Notes under the pieces: generated by a model
Told to the model about the DNA's origin: nothing
The model's database searches: none
Seen by the model: only the letters and a program-made list of their open reading frames with translations
Part shown: positions 39,153-48,645 of the stretch, one piece after another
Layout of the letters: every line of letters starts with the position of its first letter
How positions within the stretch are numbered: the stretch's first letter is position 1
From: Desulfatiglandales bacterium
Lineage (GTDB): Bacteria; Desulfobacterota; DSM-4660; Desulfatiglandales; HGW-15
Direction: 5' to 3'
DNA: 64,000 nt
NCBI GenBank assembly: GCA_963667015.2
Contig: CAXXJJ010000001.1
Location: 1,440,001 to 1,504,000 of the forward strand
Made by a program: the position numbers and the translations under genes

Positions 39153-41024
39153 TTAGCGTCTAATTTTGATGATAGGATTTTTATCCATCCTGTCCAGGAT
39201 TTCCAGTAATCTGGTTTTCCGGATATGCCTGTTTTTTAACCCCTGTATATAGTTATCCCATGTGTCCTGTCTTTTTATTTCATGCATAACCTTTTTTGCC
39301 TTTTTGAGATATATGACTGCAGCTTCATATGCGCTTGGTTTTACCCTGTTTATTAAACTCTCTGCTGCGGCCTGCCACATTTCCACAGCCCTTTCGGGTG
39401 AATATGACTTTATTGCATCGGCAATTTCATCGGTATTGATTCCAAACCTCCAGTGCCTTTCGGCAATACCCCTGTCATACCAGAGTAATACCTTCTCTGG
39501 ATCTTTTTCAAAAATATATATAGAGATAAGTTCTCTTATCATCGGGTATTCACTGCCTGTTCTTGTCCCGGAAAATTCAATGTCCGGTTGAGGCAACGGC
39601 CAGTTATTCTGTTCCCATGGCAGCTTTCCGGTTTCATGATAATTTAAAATACTGGCTTTTACTTTTTCCCACGCTTTAGTTTTTTTCGAGGCATTTTTAC
39701 ATATCTGATAAGCCTGTATGGAAGGGAAATAAACATACTCATATACCCGTAAAGCGGCAACTGATTCAGGATTTTTCTGTTTAGTACGTATATCAAGAAG
39801 CTGCCCCCTGAGATCCGATGCTATTCCCGGCCACTGGTCTTTTGTGTGACTTATTCCTTTATGTATCCATTTTTCCGCTTCATCATACTGTCTGTTATTA
39901 ATGAGTATATTAACCAGACGGCTGTAGCTCGCTGTTATAGATGCTTCCTTTTCGCACAATGGTAAAATTTCTTTATCTCTGTCTGACCTTTCGAGGGCAG
40001 TAATAGCCCAGTCGCTTATCAGGTCTCTTTTATAACGGCTGAGTCCCAGCTCAGTGCTGTTATCAGGAAAATTCCCCAGCCTGGCAAGGAGGGTATCTGC
40101 TATTTCACTCCACACATCAGCAGGATGACCGGATTCAATATACTCGTAAAAAGGTTCAAACAGCCTGTACTCATCATCTATTATCGAGTTCACCGCAAAC
40201 TCAAGCTTTGCCAAAGGGGCAAGAGATGACTCTTCCAACGCCCTTATAATAACTGGCATACATTCTTCTATTTCAGCGGCTGTTTCTCCTTCATCATGGC
40301 TTATTTCAACGAGTTCAACCCCTGAAGACATCAATTCCTTTCCAAGTGAAAGGACATCATCAGCATGCCCCTCATCCAGGAGTGTCTTCAGATTTTCACG
40401 GATTTCAGAAAAATCAGGTGTAAAGCCCTGTCCGTCCCAGTGGTTCTGCCAGCCTGGTTCGGCTGTCGCCTCATCTATCTGTTTGTGTATATGTTTGATT
40501 CGGGATTCAATGTTTCCGGCGCTGAAATTCAAACGGTCATGTAAATACCTGTCTACTTCGGGGTATTTTATACAGATCTCACCAATCAGTTCTATAAGAT
40601 CTTCTTTTCGCCGGCCTTTAAAATAATCCTCAATATTTTCGTCCGGTTCATCATCGTCCGGGTTTCCATCAATGAGCCTTAGCCGTTCATCCTTGTTACC
40701 TGTCTCAGGGACCGGTATATTCCTTTTCGCCTGATCAATATACTCCAGAACAGTTGCCACTCCGTGTTTACACTCAAATGTATAGGGGCAGGTACATGTT
40801 GATTCTATGGCCCCGTCTTTTTCAATGCTGACCTTTGTGGCATATTTTTCTGAACCTTCCACCCAGGCTAAAAGGCAGTTGTCCTCTGTTCTGGCCAATC
40901 CTGACACCCTTCCCTGCTTCTGATATCTTTCACCCCTGTCGACTATTCTGGTGCCTGCCCACTCCTCAAGGTCATCCCAGGAAAGGCTCAGGAATTTATC
41001 GGTCTGTTTTTTCTTTTTTGCCAT
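39153..41024 (-). CDS. SWIM zinc-finger protein
   Basis: RGERY, VEGSEKY, CTCPY...CKHGVA; helical C-terminus. Confidence 0.88.
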   Translation of the reverse strand: MAKKKKQTDKFLSLSWDDLEEWAGTRIVDRGERYQKQGRVSGLARTEDNCLLAWVEGSEKYATKVSIEKDGAIESTCTCPYTFECKHGVATVLEYIDQAKRNIPVPETGNKDERLRLIDGNPDDDEPDENIEDYFKGRRKEDLIELIGEICIKYPEVDRYLHDRLNFSAGNIESRIKHIHKQIDEATAEPGWQNHWDGQGFTPDFSEIRENLKTLLDEGHADDVLSLGKELMSSGVELVEISHDEGETAAEIEECMPVIIRALEESSLAPLAKLEFAVNSIIDDEYRLFEPFYEYIESGHPADVWSEIADTLLARLGNFPDNSTELGLSRYKRDLISDWAITALERSDRDKEILPLCEKEASITASYSRLVNILINNRQYDEAEKWIHKGISHTKDQWPGIASDLRGQLLDIRTKQKNPESVAALRVYEYVYFPSIQAYQICKNASKKTKAWEKVKASILNYHETGKLPWEQNNWPLPQPDIEFSGTRTGSEYPMIRELISIYIFEKDPEKVLLWYDRGIAERHWRFGINTDEIADAIKSYSPERAVEMWQAAAESLINRVKPSAYEAAVIYLKKAKKVMHEIKRQDTWDNYIQGLKNRHIRKTRLLEILDRMDKNPIIKIRR

Positions 41025-41316
41025 GAATTATCATCTGTGAAATAATGATTCCGTATTTTCTCCAGTTATGATCAATTTTCCTTTAATAAACTAAACCTGA
41101 AAATATTTTCTGATTTATTAATCAAGTGCCTCAATGTGTAAAAAGTAAGAGAATGGGCTAGAAAATATTAGTGATGATATCCCACTTACACTGGAGACCT
41201 GATTACTTGAAAACTAAAATATGGTTTTGAGCAGTGAAAGGAATATTGACAAGCACCTAAAGACTCAGGCATATGATTGCCCATAACATAATTTTTCTCT
41301 TATATGTTCTAAGGGA

Positions 41317-42033
41317 TCAACATAACTTGACCCAAAAATGAAACAATACTATCGAGCCCTTTTGGCGTGAGTTTTCTGAAACAAATTTCGCTGTATTAAG
41401 CCTTATGTATTCCTTTTCAAGTTTATCACTTATTGTCCAGGTAACAGGTGAAAAGATCTTCTTAATAATCAATTCATCAATCCATCTATTAAGTTTACCA
41501 TGCCAGTGTTCAAAATCATTCTCCTGAATATACCCTATTATCGCCCCATAATTCAGTTTGCTGCCATGAATGCCCTGCTTGAATCGTTCGACACCTCCGC
41601 AACTGACATATTTTTCTTTTTCATATCGGCCTATAAGATATTCTTTTTGCCTGTTTACTCCCAGGTTTGCCAGCCTTTTTGCCTCCATCGAAAAAAAGGA
41701 TTCACCATCAGATATTTTTGCGCCTATTGCAATACCTTCTTCATCGGTACTTATTGTGGCGATATCAACCTGTGGGCTGTCACCCCTTTCAGGGTTTTCC
41801 ATATATTCTTTATCAAAATAAAACGGGTAAAAATTACGAACCGCATGGATGGTCAGCATGTAGATTAATTTTTGGGTCAAACCTTTTTCATTTTTTATGT
41901 CCGAATTGATATATTTATCTGAGAAATTGATAAGGACTTCTTCAATACAATTCACTGCTGTCAAAATGGGGGCATCTGGTTCAGGCCCGGTTAAACGTCC
42001 TGATATAATTAGCTTACCAATATCCGCCAGCAT
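41317..42033 (-). CDS. Hypothetical protein, putative PD-(D/E)XK nuclease
   Basis: NEKGLT helix, QVDI, SMEAKRL; ATG abuts the methyltransferase stop. Confidence 0.6.
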   Translation of the reverse strand: MLADIGKLIISGRLTGPEPDAPILTAVNCIEEVLINFSDKYINSDIKNEKGLTQKLIYMLTIHAVRNFYPFYFDKEYMENPERGDSPQVDIATISTDEEGIAIGAKISDGESFFSMEAKRLANLGVNRQKEYLIGRYEKEKYVSCGGVERFKQGIHGSKLNYGAIIGYIQENDFEHWHGKLNRWIDELIIKKIFSPVTWTISDKLEKEYIRLNTAKFVSENSRQKGSIVLFHFWVKLC

Positions 42034-45000
42034 TTATTTTTTTCCTTGAATAATGAGGTCTCCAAATGTCTCATCCGCATCACGTATAGCTATTGATTTA
42101 AGCCAATACCGGGCCTGATTGGGTTTTACCAAATAAATTGTATTACCTTCATACATCCTTAAAATTCTGATGATTCTTGAATTCCTGTTTACATTATTCT
42201 GGATTAATGTATATAAGGCATCTTCAAGTTCGTCTGTCATGCCCTCTAATATTTCTGGTTTATCTTTATAATAAAAGGGAAGACAAATAAAAGAACCGGT
42301 TTTTGCCTTCAATGGTTTATATGGCCTGAATTCTTTATACACTGAATTTAAAACCTTGCAGTATATGTCTGAAAATTGATCTAATTTTTCACCACTTACA
42401 GGTTTTTCGGCAATGGAGTTCTCCCCTTTGCCTCGAAAATCGAGCATGTAATCCAGAACATCTTCCACAAGTATCTGTTCCATATCTGTAAGTTCTAGCT
42501 CTTTTTCATCTTCAGGATATGGTAGAGATTCGATATCCTTTTTTAAAATAGCTGTTGCTCGACTTACCATGTAACTCCCACTAAAAGCAGCAACGTAAAA
42601 TAAGTAGGTTCTATTATTTTTTATTCTTTTCTCAATTTCTCGCAGGAGTTCAACTTTTTCGGGGGCATGAATGCCTATCACGCCATGTCGAAAAGAAAGG
42701 TTATCATTTCGAAACTCGATGGGTATTGATTTTTTTGCAACTCCTTCTTTAATCAATAAATGAGGTTTTAAGAATATTTCTTTTTTTGTTTTAACTGATC
42801 GATGAAAGTATGCTTCATTTAAGATGTAAATTTTTTTATCATCAATTCCCTTATAGGTAAATGCATTTTCAGGCAATGTATATTTCCCCGTAAGGTATTC
42901 AGCTCTTTCATATTTTTTCTTCAGTTTAGTTAAACTTAATCTTTCTTTTTCTGATAAATTTTGTATCTTTTTTTCCAATTCAATAAGTTCATCTATTTCG
43001 GTTTTCTTTCCAACTTTAAATCCTTCGGCAATTTTCCAGCTATATTTTTTTTCATTATATTTTAAATAACCGCCTAAAGTTCTAACATCCGTAAACCTAG
43101 CCATTATATGCTTAAGTCTCCCGCCACCCAGTAAGTTTGACTTCCATATAAGTCTGTTTTCTAAGGCTTCATTGTAAGAAATCCGGTGGAAATCATAATG
43201 GTCTATCTCAAAGAATAGCTTTTCCTTTGCTGGCTTAGTTCTCCTCACAGTCACATGAAGAATATCCTTCTGAACCGGGGCCTGTTTTTTTGCAAAAACA
43301 ACTACCACAGCCACATTTGAGCTTTCAAAAAGAATTGAGCTTAAAAATGTGAAATCAATAAGTTGAGGTACATGATAAGAGCTTAGAAAATAATTTCTGA
43401 ATTTTAATGAGTAATGGTTATATAGAAAAGAGCCTGCAGGTATTATCAAACAGATCGCCCCATCCTCTTTACAAAGCCTCATGGCTTGCTCAAGGAAAAG
43501 TAATGCGATCTGCTTATGTGGTAATTTGGGCCTGATTTTTATATTTTGTTTCTCAATATCCAATGCTGCAGGCGTTAATTTAGCGACAAATGGTGGATTG
43601 CCAATAACAATATCAAAATCGTCTTTAAAAAAACCAGCGGTTATCAGCTTAAAAAAATCACTACATATGAGGTTGCTTTCCAGCAGATTATCAAATTTAA
43701 GATTCTCCCATATTACCTTAGGAGATAATTCATCCAATAAGGCCAAACTCAGGCTGAAAAACGTTAAACGCACAGCCTCTTCCTCTTTGTCTACGCCGAA
43801 AATATTGCTTTTAAGGATATTTTTCAGTTCACTCAGATCATCAACTCCTGGTTTTTTCCAATTATTTCGGATTCTCCACCACTGGATCATTCTCCGGAAT
43901 GCTGCAACGAGAAACACACCGGATCCGCAAGCAGGGTCAAGAACTTTGGAGTTAATCTTATGAGTATCGTTAAGAGGCATCTGTTCATCAATTAAAAAAT
44001 TAACCAGATATGGTGGGGTATAAACAACTCCTTCTTTAGACTCCAGAAACTCTTCATAAATATTGCTTATTATTTCTATTGGCAGGTCATTGAAAGAGTA
44101 AAGCCGCCAGAATGAGTATTGGTTGTTTTCAACCTTACCTTCAAAGAAAACGGCGAAATCAGTAAGGTCGGTGGCTTTTAATAGTGCCCGTTCTTTTTCA
44201 TCTTTCCACTTAAAGATATTGCCATTAAAACATTTATCGCTTCCTAAATAATCAAAGAGTTCTAGACAAGCACCTTGCTTTTTTAATGCACTTATGAAGT
44301 CATTCCCGTCACAAAACTTTTGAAAGAAACCGGGAGGAAACACTTTTGCTCCATGTTCATCCTCTCTTTCCTCAAGGTACTTAACAAGAATAGACATCAC
44401 AAGTAGCTTTTGAGCCATCTGTTTATCAATTGTATTGCTTTCTATGATCTTTTTTCTTAAGCGTTTTAACTCATTAAGCAATTTCAGATAGGCTGTTTCA
44501 GACTGGCTGAACTTGTTTTTATATTTTGAGTTGCTCCAAAAGGTGCCATTATCAAATCTTTTAGCTGAAAAGTCTTCAATCTTTTCCTGTTCATGTTCAA
44601 GCTCTTTTTTTACTTTAGCAGCAAGATTGATAGTTAAAAATGGATCGGATGAAATTGCCGCAGTATCCCGATCAACTTCAGGTGCTTTCAGGCAGTTAAA
44701 GATTTTTATTTCGGTTTTATAGAAAATAAAAAAAAGCGGGACTTGTCCCGAATTCCATAATTTTTTGTATAATTCTCCTACCTTTTGTTCATCTTCATTA
44801 CTCTCAGTATAATCATATATATAAATTTGGGGGATAGGTGGCCTGCCATCATCAAATTTTCTGAAATATACAGCAGTTGCACCATATTTTTTTGCATATT
44901 CCAACGCTATGATTTCATATGGATCAGATCTTTTGTCATCAACGAAAACTAGACCTGTCGAATGACCTCTTTCCGAGATCATATCGAATTTTAAAAGCAT

Positions 45001-45036
45001 TTCGTTTAAGGCCTTGTTGGGGAGACTATTTTGCAT
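42034..45036 (-). CDS. N6-adenine DNA methyltransferase with type IIG-like architecture
   Basis: ISNIYE, GVVYTP, VLDPACGSGVFL (motif I), IGNPPF (motif IV), C-terminal target-recognition-like region. Confidence 0.9.
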   Translation of the reverse strand: MQNSLPNKALNEMLLKFDMISERGHSTGLVFVDDKRSDPYEIIALEYAKKYGATAVYFRKFDDGRPPIPQIYIYDYTESNEDEQKVGELYKKLWNSGQVPLFFIFYKTEIKIFNCLKAPEVDRDTAAISSDPFLTINLAAKVKKELEHEQEKIEDFSAKRFDNGTFWSNSKYKNKFSQSETAYLKLLNELKRLRKKIIESNTIDKQMAQKLLVMSILVKYLEEREDEHGAKVFPPGFFQKFCDGNDFISALKKQGACLELFDYLGSDKCFNGNIFKWKDEKERALLKATDLTDFAVFFEGKVENNQYSFWRLYSFNDLPIEIISNIYEEFLESKEGVVYTPPYLVNFLIDEQMPLNDTHKINSKVLDPACGSGVFLVAAFRRMIQWWRIRNNWKKPGVDDLSELKNILKSNIFGVDKEEEAVRLTFFSLSLALLDELSPKVIWENLKFDNLLESNLICSDFFKLITAGFFKDDFDIVIGNPPFVAKLTPAALDIEKQNIKIRPKLPHKQIALLFLEQAMRLCKEDGAICLIIPAGSFLYNHYSLKFRNYFLSSYHVPQLIDFTFLSSILFESSNVAVVVVFAKKQAPVQKDILHVTVRRTKPAKEKLFFEIDHYDFHRISYNEALENRLIWKSNLLGGGRLKHIMARFTDVRTLGGYLKYNEKKYSWKIAEGFKVGKKTEIDELIELEKKIQNLSEKERLSLTKLKKKYERAEYLTGKYTLPENAFTYKGIDDKKIYILNEAYFHRSVKTKKEIFLKPHLLIKEGVAKKSIPIEFRNDNLSFRHGVIGIHAPEKVELLREIEKRIKNNRTYLFYVAAFSGSYMVSRATAILKKDIESLPYPEDEKELELTDMEQILVEDVLDYMLDFRGKGENSIAEKPVSGEKLDQFSDIYCKVLNSVYKEFRPYKPLKAKTGSFICLPFYYKDKPEILEGMTDELEDALYTLIQNNVNRNSRIIRILRMYEGNTIYLVKPNQARYWLKSIAIRDADETFGDLIIQGKK

Positions 45037-45043
45037 TTTGCTT

Positions 45044-45298
45044 CTATCTCCACAGAGACAATTGTGGGTTGTTATATTCGTCTTCTGCCCTTTTAAATGC
45101 AGCCTTGGTTTTCATATCATATGTTGAGATATATTCCCAAGCCCGTTTCACCAGAAAAAGATCCTTATCAGAGAAATCATTATAATTTAGGGAACCTCTT
45201 TCAATTTTTATTGGACTGAGATATCCAGCTCTAACAAAATAAGTGAGTTTATCATGGGTAAGGCCATCAACGACTTGTAAGATATCCCCAGCATTCAT
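45044..45298 (-). CDS. Small MerR-like HTH protein
   Basis: LTYFVRAGYLSP..RGSLNYNDFSDKDL pattern; 7 nt upstream of the methyltransferase. Confidence 0.7.
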   Translation of the reverse strand: MNAGDILQVVDGLTHDKLTYFVRAGYLSPIKIERGSLNYNDFSDKDLFLVKRAWEYISTYDMKTKAAFKRAEDEYNNPQLSLWR

Positions 45299-45352
45299 TT
45301 TTTTTCTCTACTTATTCTATTTAATTAAATGGTATCAATGTGTGAGAAGATG

Positions 45353-45398
45353 ATTTGTACTTGTACAAATACATATACAAGTCTAGGTAAAATGTCAA
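45353..45398 (-). promoter_or_regulatory. Putative promoter/operator of the HTH-methyltransferase operon
   Basis: TTGACA at 45398-45393; inverted repeats ATTTGTAC-2-GTACAAAT and ACTTGTA-10-TACAAGT; -10 box weak. Confidence 0.5.
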
Positions 45399-45560
45399 GA
45401 AAAGAGTTTATTTTATGCTGTCAAAAAATGCCTAGACAATACGAACATAAGAGTGCCCTTGCACGTACTATAGAGTTTGTGAAGGAAATGGAATGGTGTT
45501 TTGTTTTTTATGGCCAGACCTCCAGTTCAAGTTGGTTATTTACCTTTTTATTCTATCATT

Positions 45561-45593
45561 GAAAACCCCGTCCTTTGGGCGGGGTCAGAGTCA
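45561..45593 (+). mobile_element. IS200/IS605-like end palindrome (orphan)
   Basis: ACCCCGTCC-TTT-GGGCGGGGT followed by CAGAGTCA. Confidence 0.4.
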
Positions 45594-45772
45594 TTTGGCT
45601 CTGCCTAAAAATATGTTTTTGAAATCGCGGTGGCGAAGCCATGAATTGGGCATACTACCCCGGCCTCTGGCCCTTACAATTACCCAAAAAAATGCTGGAC
45701 AGTCATAAACCGGAATTATTTTAAAGAGGAGCTCAACCATAGCCACCATCGTCAATTAGTACCTCGGGATGA

Positions 45773-45853
45773 TAGGCTGCTCGAATTCTGGACAGCCAGA
45801 ACCATAGGATATTCCTCTGCTCTTTGGACTATCTTCTTATAATGTGATTCTAC
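45773..45853 (-). pseudogene. IS4/Tn5-like transposase fragment
   Basis: Translates VESHYKKIVQRAEEYPMVLAVQNSSSL, resembling the VLAxQDTT first catalytic region. Confidence 0.5.
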
Positions 45854-45902
45854 CATTTCGTTTGTTAGCCAATATATATACCGCCGGTTGTTTTTCTTCC
45901 AT
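45837..45902 (-). pseudogene. GIY-YIG nuclease N-terminal fragment
   Basis: Translates MEEKQPAVYILANKRNG then breaks. Confidence 0.7.
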
Positions 45903-45951
45903 TTTACAGCATTGAATTTTTCTCAATAAAATATTGACCTGGGAAAACCTG

Positions 45952-46034
45952 CACGTCATTCCCCGAGTCGGGGAATGACGTGTCTGCAAATATGGTTAAA
46001 GGCCGTCATTCAACGGCTGGACCGTGGAATCCAG
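45952..46034. repeat. REP-like GTCATTCC palindromes
   Basis: Perfect 15-bp inverted repeat 45952-45982 and related CGTCATTC..GGAATCCAG at 46004-46034. Confidence 0.7.
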
Positions 46035-46256
46035 AATCAAAAAGAGTTCATCCTTCTGCTATTAAGGGGCGGTACAAATTGTACCCTCCCTGCAAAGTCA
46101 GGTTAATTGCGATTATTGCCTATACAACACTTATACTATCTTCTGATACCGCACAGGTTTTGCCAGCTTTTTAACCTTCTTTTCATCAACAGCTTTTTTC
46201 AGCCAGGCATTTAGCTGGGTTTTGTTTACCTCTAAATCTTCAGAAAGCACATCTAA

Positions 46257-46321
46257 TAAATCGGTAAATCGGGTCGGTAAATCGGGGTCGGACCAAGTTA
46301 TTAAATCGGGGTCGGACCAAG
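46257..46321 (+). repeat. Stuttered direct repeat
   Basis: TAAATCGG, TAAATCGGGTCGG, then TAAATCGGGGTCGGACCAAG twice. Confidence 0.85.
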
Positions 46322-46918
46322 CTATACAACTGTTATCATTATGAATGTATTAGAATTTAGCTTGTTTTTAACCCTCAAAAGCCTGTTTTTGATGTCAAAA
46401 TGATTGTTTTAAGCTGCAGTAGTGGGATCTGTGATGTGTTATATGGGTATGGGGAAAAATTCAGCCGTCTTAGTAAAAAAGGGCAAAAGTTTTTTTGCCC
46501 CTACAACGCCGGGACATGGAGGGCGGAGATCGCAGTGAAAAACAGAGGTTGAGAAATACCAGTGGTCAGAAATCAGAAGTCAGAGGGCAGAATTCAAATT
46601 TACTATTCATTGGCTGCCCGGGGTTTTTTCATCATCAACATTTTTCAATACTATTTTTCCATTTTTATATAGAACCAGCGGCGCTCCTTTATCTCCTGCT
46701 GTTTTTCGGGCAGTTTGACCAGCCCTTTTAAGCTCTTATTCAATCCTGCAAGATCAGAGTCATTGATTGTTTTTTTGGTATAGTCATATGTTTTCTCCTT
46801 ATTATGAGTTTCACCGGCTTACCTTTATACTGGTTGTATTTAAACCTTAAGAGGAATAGAATGAAAAATAGAACGCCTTAAAATATCTGATTAAAAATAT
46901 GTTAAAGGGTCAGGGACA

Positions 46919-47884
46919 ATGAATCAGCTGAAGTGGTTTTTTCACCCGATGATTGTTTTTATTTTTTCCGTCGTGGCCGTGTGCCTGTCCCTTGTCCTGT
47001 ATATCTACTGGTATGTGGAGATCAGTACAGGTCTGAAAAGGGTCCTGGAGAAGGCTAATATGGGTCCTGATCAGGCCCTGGCATCTCAAACCTGGGTGGT
47101 AATCATGGTACTTTCCATACTGGTGGGTATCATTCTTATGGGACTGTTTTTCATTTTTGTCTACAATCAGAAGACCTTCCAGCTTTATCGTCTTCAGCGA
47201 AACTTTATTGACAATTTCACCCACGAATTAAAGACTCCGGTCACTTCACTAAAACTATACCTCGAGACATTTCAGAAACACGAGTTTCCAAGGGACGAGC
47301 AGATCAAATATATCGGTTATATGGTCCAGGATGCTGACCGTTTATCAAACAATATAACCCGTATCCTGGATCTCGCCAGGATCGAAAGCAGATCATACAA
47401 GGCGAAATTCGTAATAGAGGATCTTGTTGCTGCCACTGAAAAATTTATTCAAAAAAACAGTCATCTCTTTACAGGCAGCGAGATAAAAATACACAACCCT
47501 TCGGAAAAGGCATTTTTATATCCTGTCAGCCGCTCTCTGTTTGAAATGCTGCTGATGAATCTTATCACTAATGGAATCAAGTACAATGAATCTGAAATTC
47601 CCCGGCTGGATATAACATTCAATCAGGGGATCAGGCGAATGAGAATTCACTTTGAAGATAACGGGATCGGAATTCCAAAGGCGGAAATCAAAAAAATCTT
47701 CCGCAAGTTTTACCAGATCGGCCGGTCAAAGGATATGACTGCAAAAGGCACTGGAATTGGCCTGCATCTGGTTGAAAGTATTGCCCGGATTCATAGGGGT
47801 AAAATTGTTGCCAGATCAAAAGAGGATGACAGTGGTTCTGTGTTTTCATTGATTCTTCCCCTTAAAGGTCTCAAGGCTTCTTGA
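46919..47884 (+). CDS. Membrane sensor histidine kinase
   Basis: Two TMs; THELKTP; NGIKY, DNGIG, GTGIGL. Confidence 0.93.
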   Translation: MNQLKWFFHPMIVFIFSVVAVCLSLVLYIYWYVEISTGLKRVLEKANMGPDQALASQTWVVIMVLSILVGIILMGLFFIFVYNQKTFQLYRLQRNFIDNFTHELKTPVTSLKLYLETFQKHEFPRDEQIKYIGYMVQDADRLSNNITRILDLARIESRSYKAKFVIEDLVAATEKFIQKNSHLFTGSEIKIHNPSEKAFLYPVSRSLFEMLLMNLITNGIKYNESEIPRLDITFNQGIRRMRIHFEDNGIGIPKAEIKKIFRKFYQIGRSKDMTAKGTGIGLHLVESIARIHRGKIVARSKEDDSGSVFSLILPLKGLKAS

Positions 47885-47898
47885 ATATAGGATTATTT

Positions 47899-48645
47899 AT
47901 GGCGGATTTAACAAATAAACGTGTACTGGTGGTGGAGGATGAGTCTCATCTGTCTGAAGGTCTTAAACTGAACCTGTCTCTGAAGGGATATGATGTCATG
48001 ATCGCGGCCGATGGGAGTTCAGCGCTCCGGAGGTGGAAGGAATGGGAACCCGACCTGATCGTCCTTGACATCATGCTTCCCAAAATTGACGGGCTGTCGG
48101 TGCTCAGAAAAATCCGGCTTGAAGATGAACGTATTCCCATCCTGATCCTGTCTGCAAAAGGCTCATCCGATGATAAAATAAAGGGGCTTACCTATGGTGT
48201 TGACGATTACCTTGCAAAGCCCTTTAACCTGGATGAGTTTTTACTTCGGGTGGACCGGCTGGCTACACGGGGTGACTGGACCCGTGAAGGGGCAGATTCG
48301 AAGGACAGGGATATATCTTCTCTTCCCAGGTTCTATAATTTCGGCGGGAACAGGATCGACTTCCAGACCCTGAAAGCGCAATGCCCCTCCGGCCAGATCA
48401 CTCTTACCGAGCAGGAAGCCAGGCTTTTAAGGCTTTTTATTGCCAATCGCGGCAAACCCCTTTCGAGAAAAAAGCTCCTGGAAATAGGCTGGGGTTATGC
48501 AAGGGGTACCTCAACCCGCACAATTGATAATTTCATTGTCAGATTCCGCAAGTATTTTGAGCGGGATCCCAAAAAACCGGTTCATTTCAAAAGTCTTCGG
48601 TCAGTCGGCTATATCTTTGATCATGAATCGGATAAAAATGTCTGA
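47899..48645 (+). CDS. OmpR-family response regulator
   Basis: VEDE, LDIMLP, KPF; winged helix with TRTIDNFI. Confidence 0.94.
   Translation: MADLTNKRVLVVEDESHLSEGLKLNLSLKGYDVMIAADGSSALRRWKEWEPDLIVLDIMLPKIDGLSVLRKIRLEDERIPILILSAKGSSDDKIKGLTYGVDDYLAKPFNLDEFLLRVDRLATRGDWTREGADSKDRDISSLPRFYNFGGNRIDFQTLKAQCPSGQITLTEQEARLLRLFIANRGKPLSRKKLLEIGWGYARGTSTRTIDNFIVRFRKYFERDPKKPVHFKSLRSVGYIFDHESDKNV

Noticed and set aside
46257..46321. CRISPR array
   Set aside because: Units are too short and unequal, there are no real spacers, and no cas genes are present
45329..46731. Short plus-strand ORFs (45329, 45493, 45980, 46495)
   Set aside because: They run through repeats and debris and have no motifs
48497..48637. 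N-terminal extension of the 1444-aa ORF
   Set aside because: Lies inside the response regulator; ATG 48638 directly precedes the first ASKHA motif
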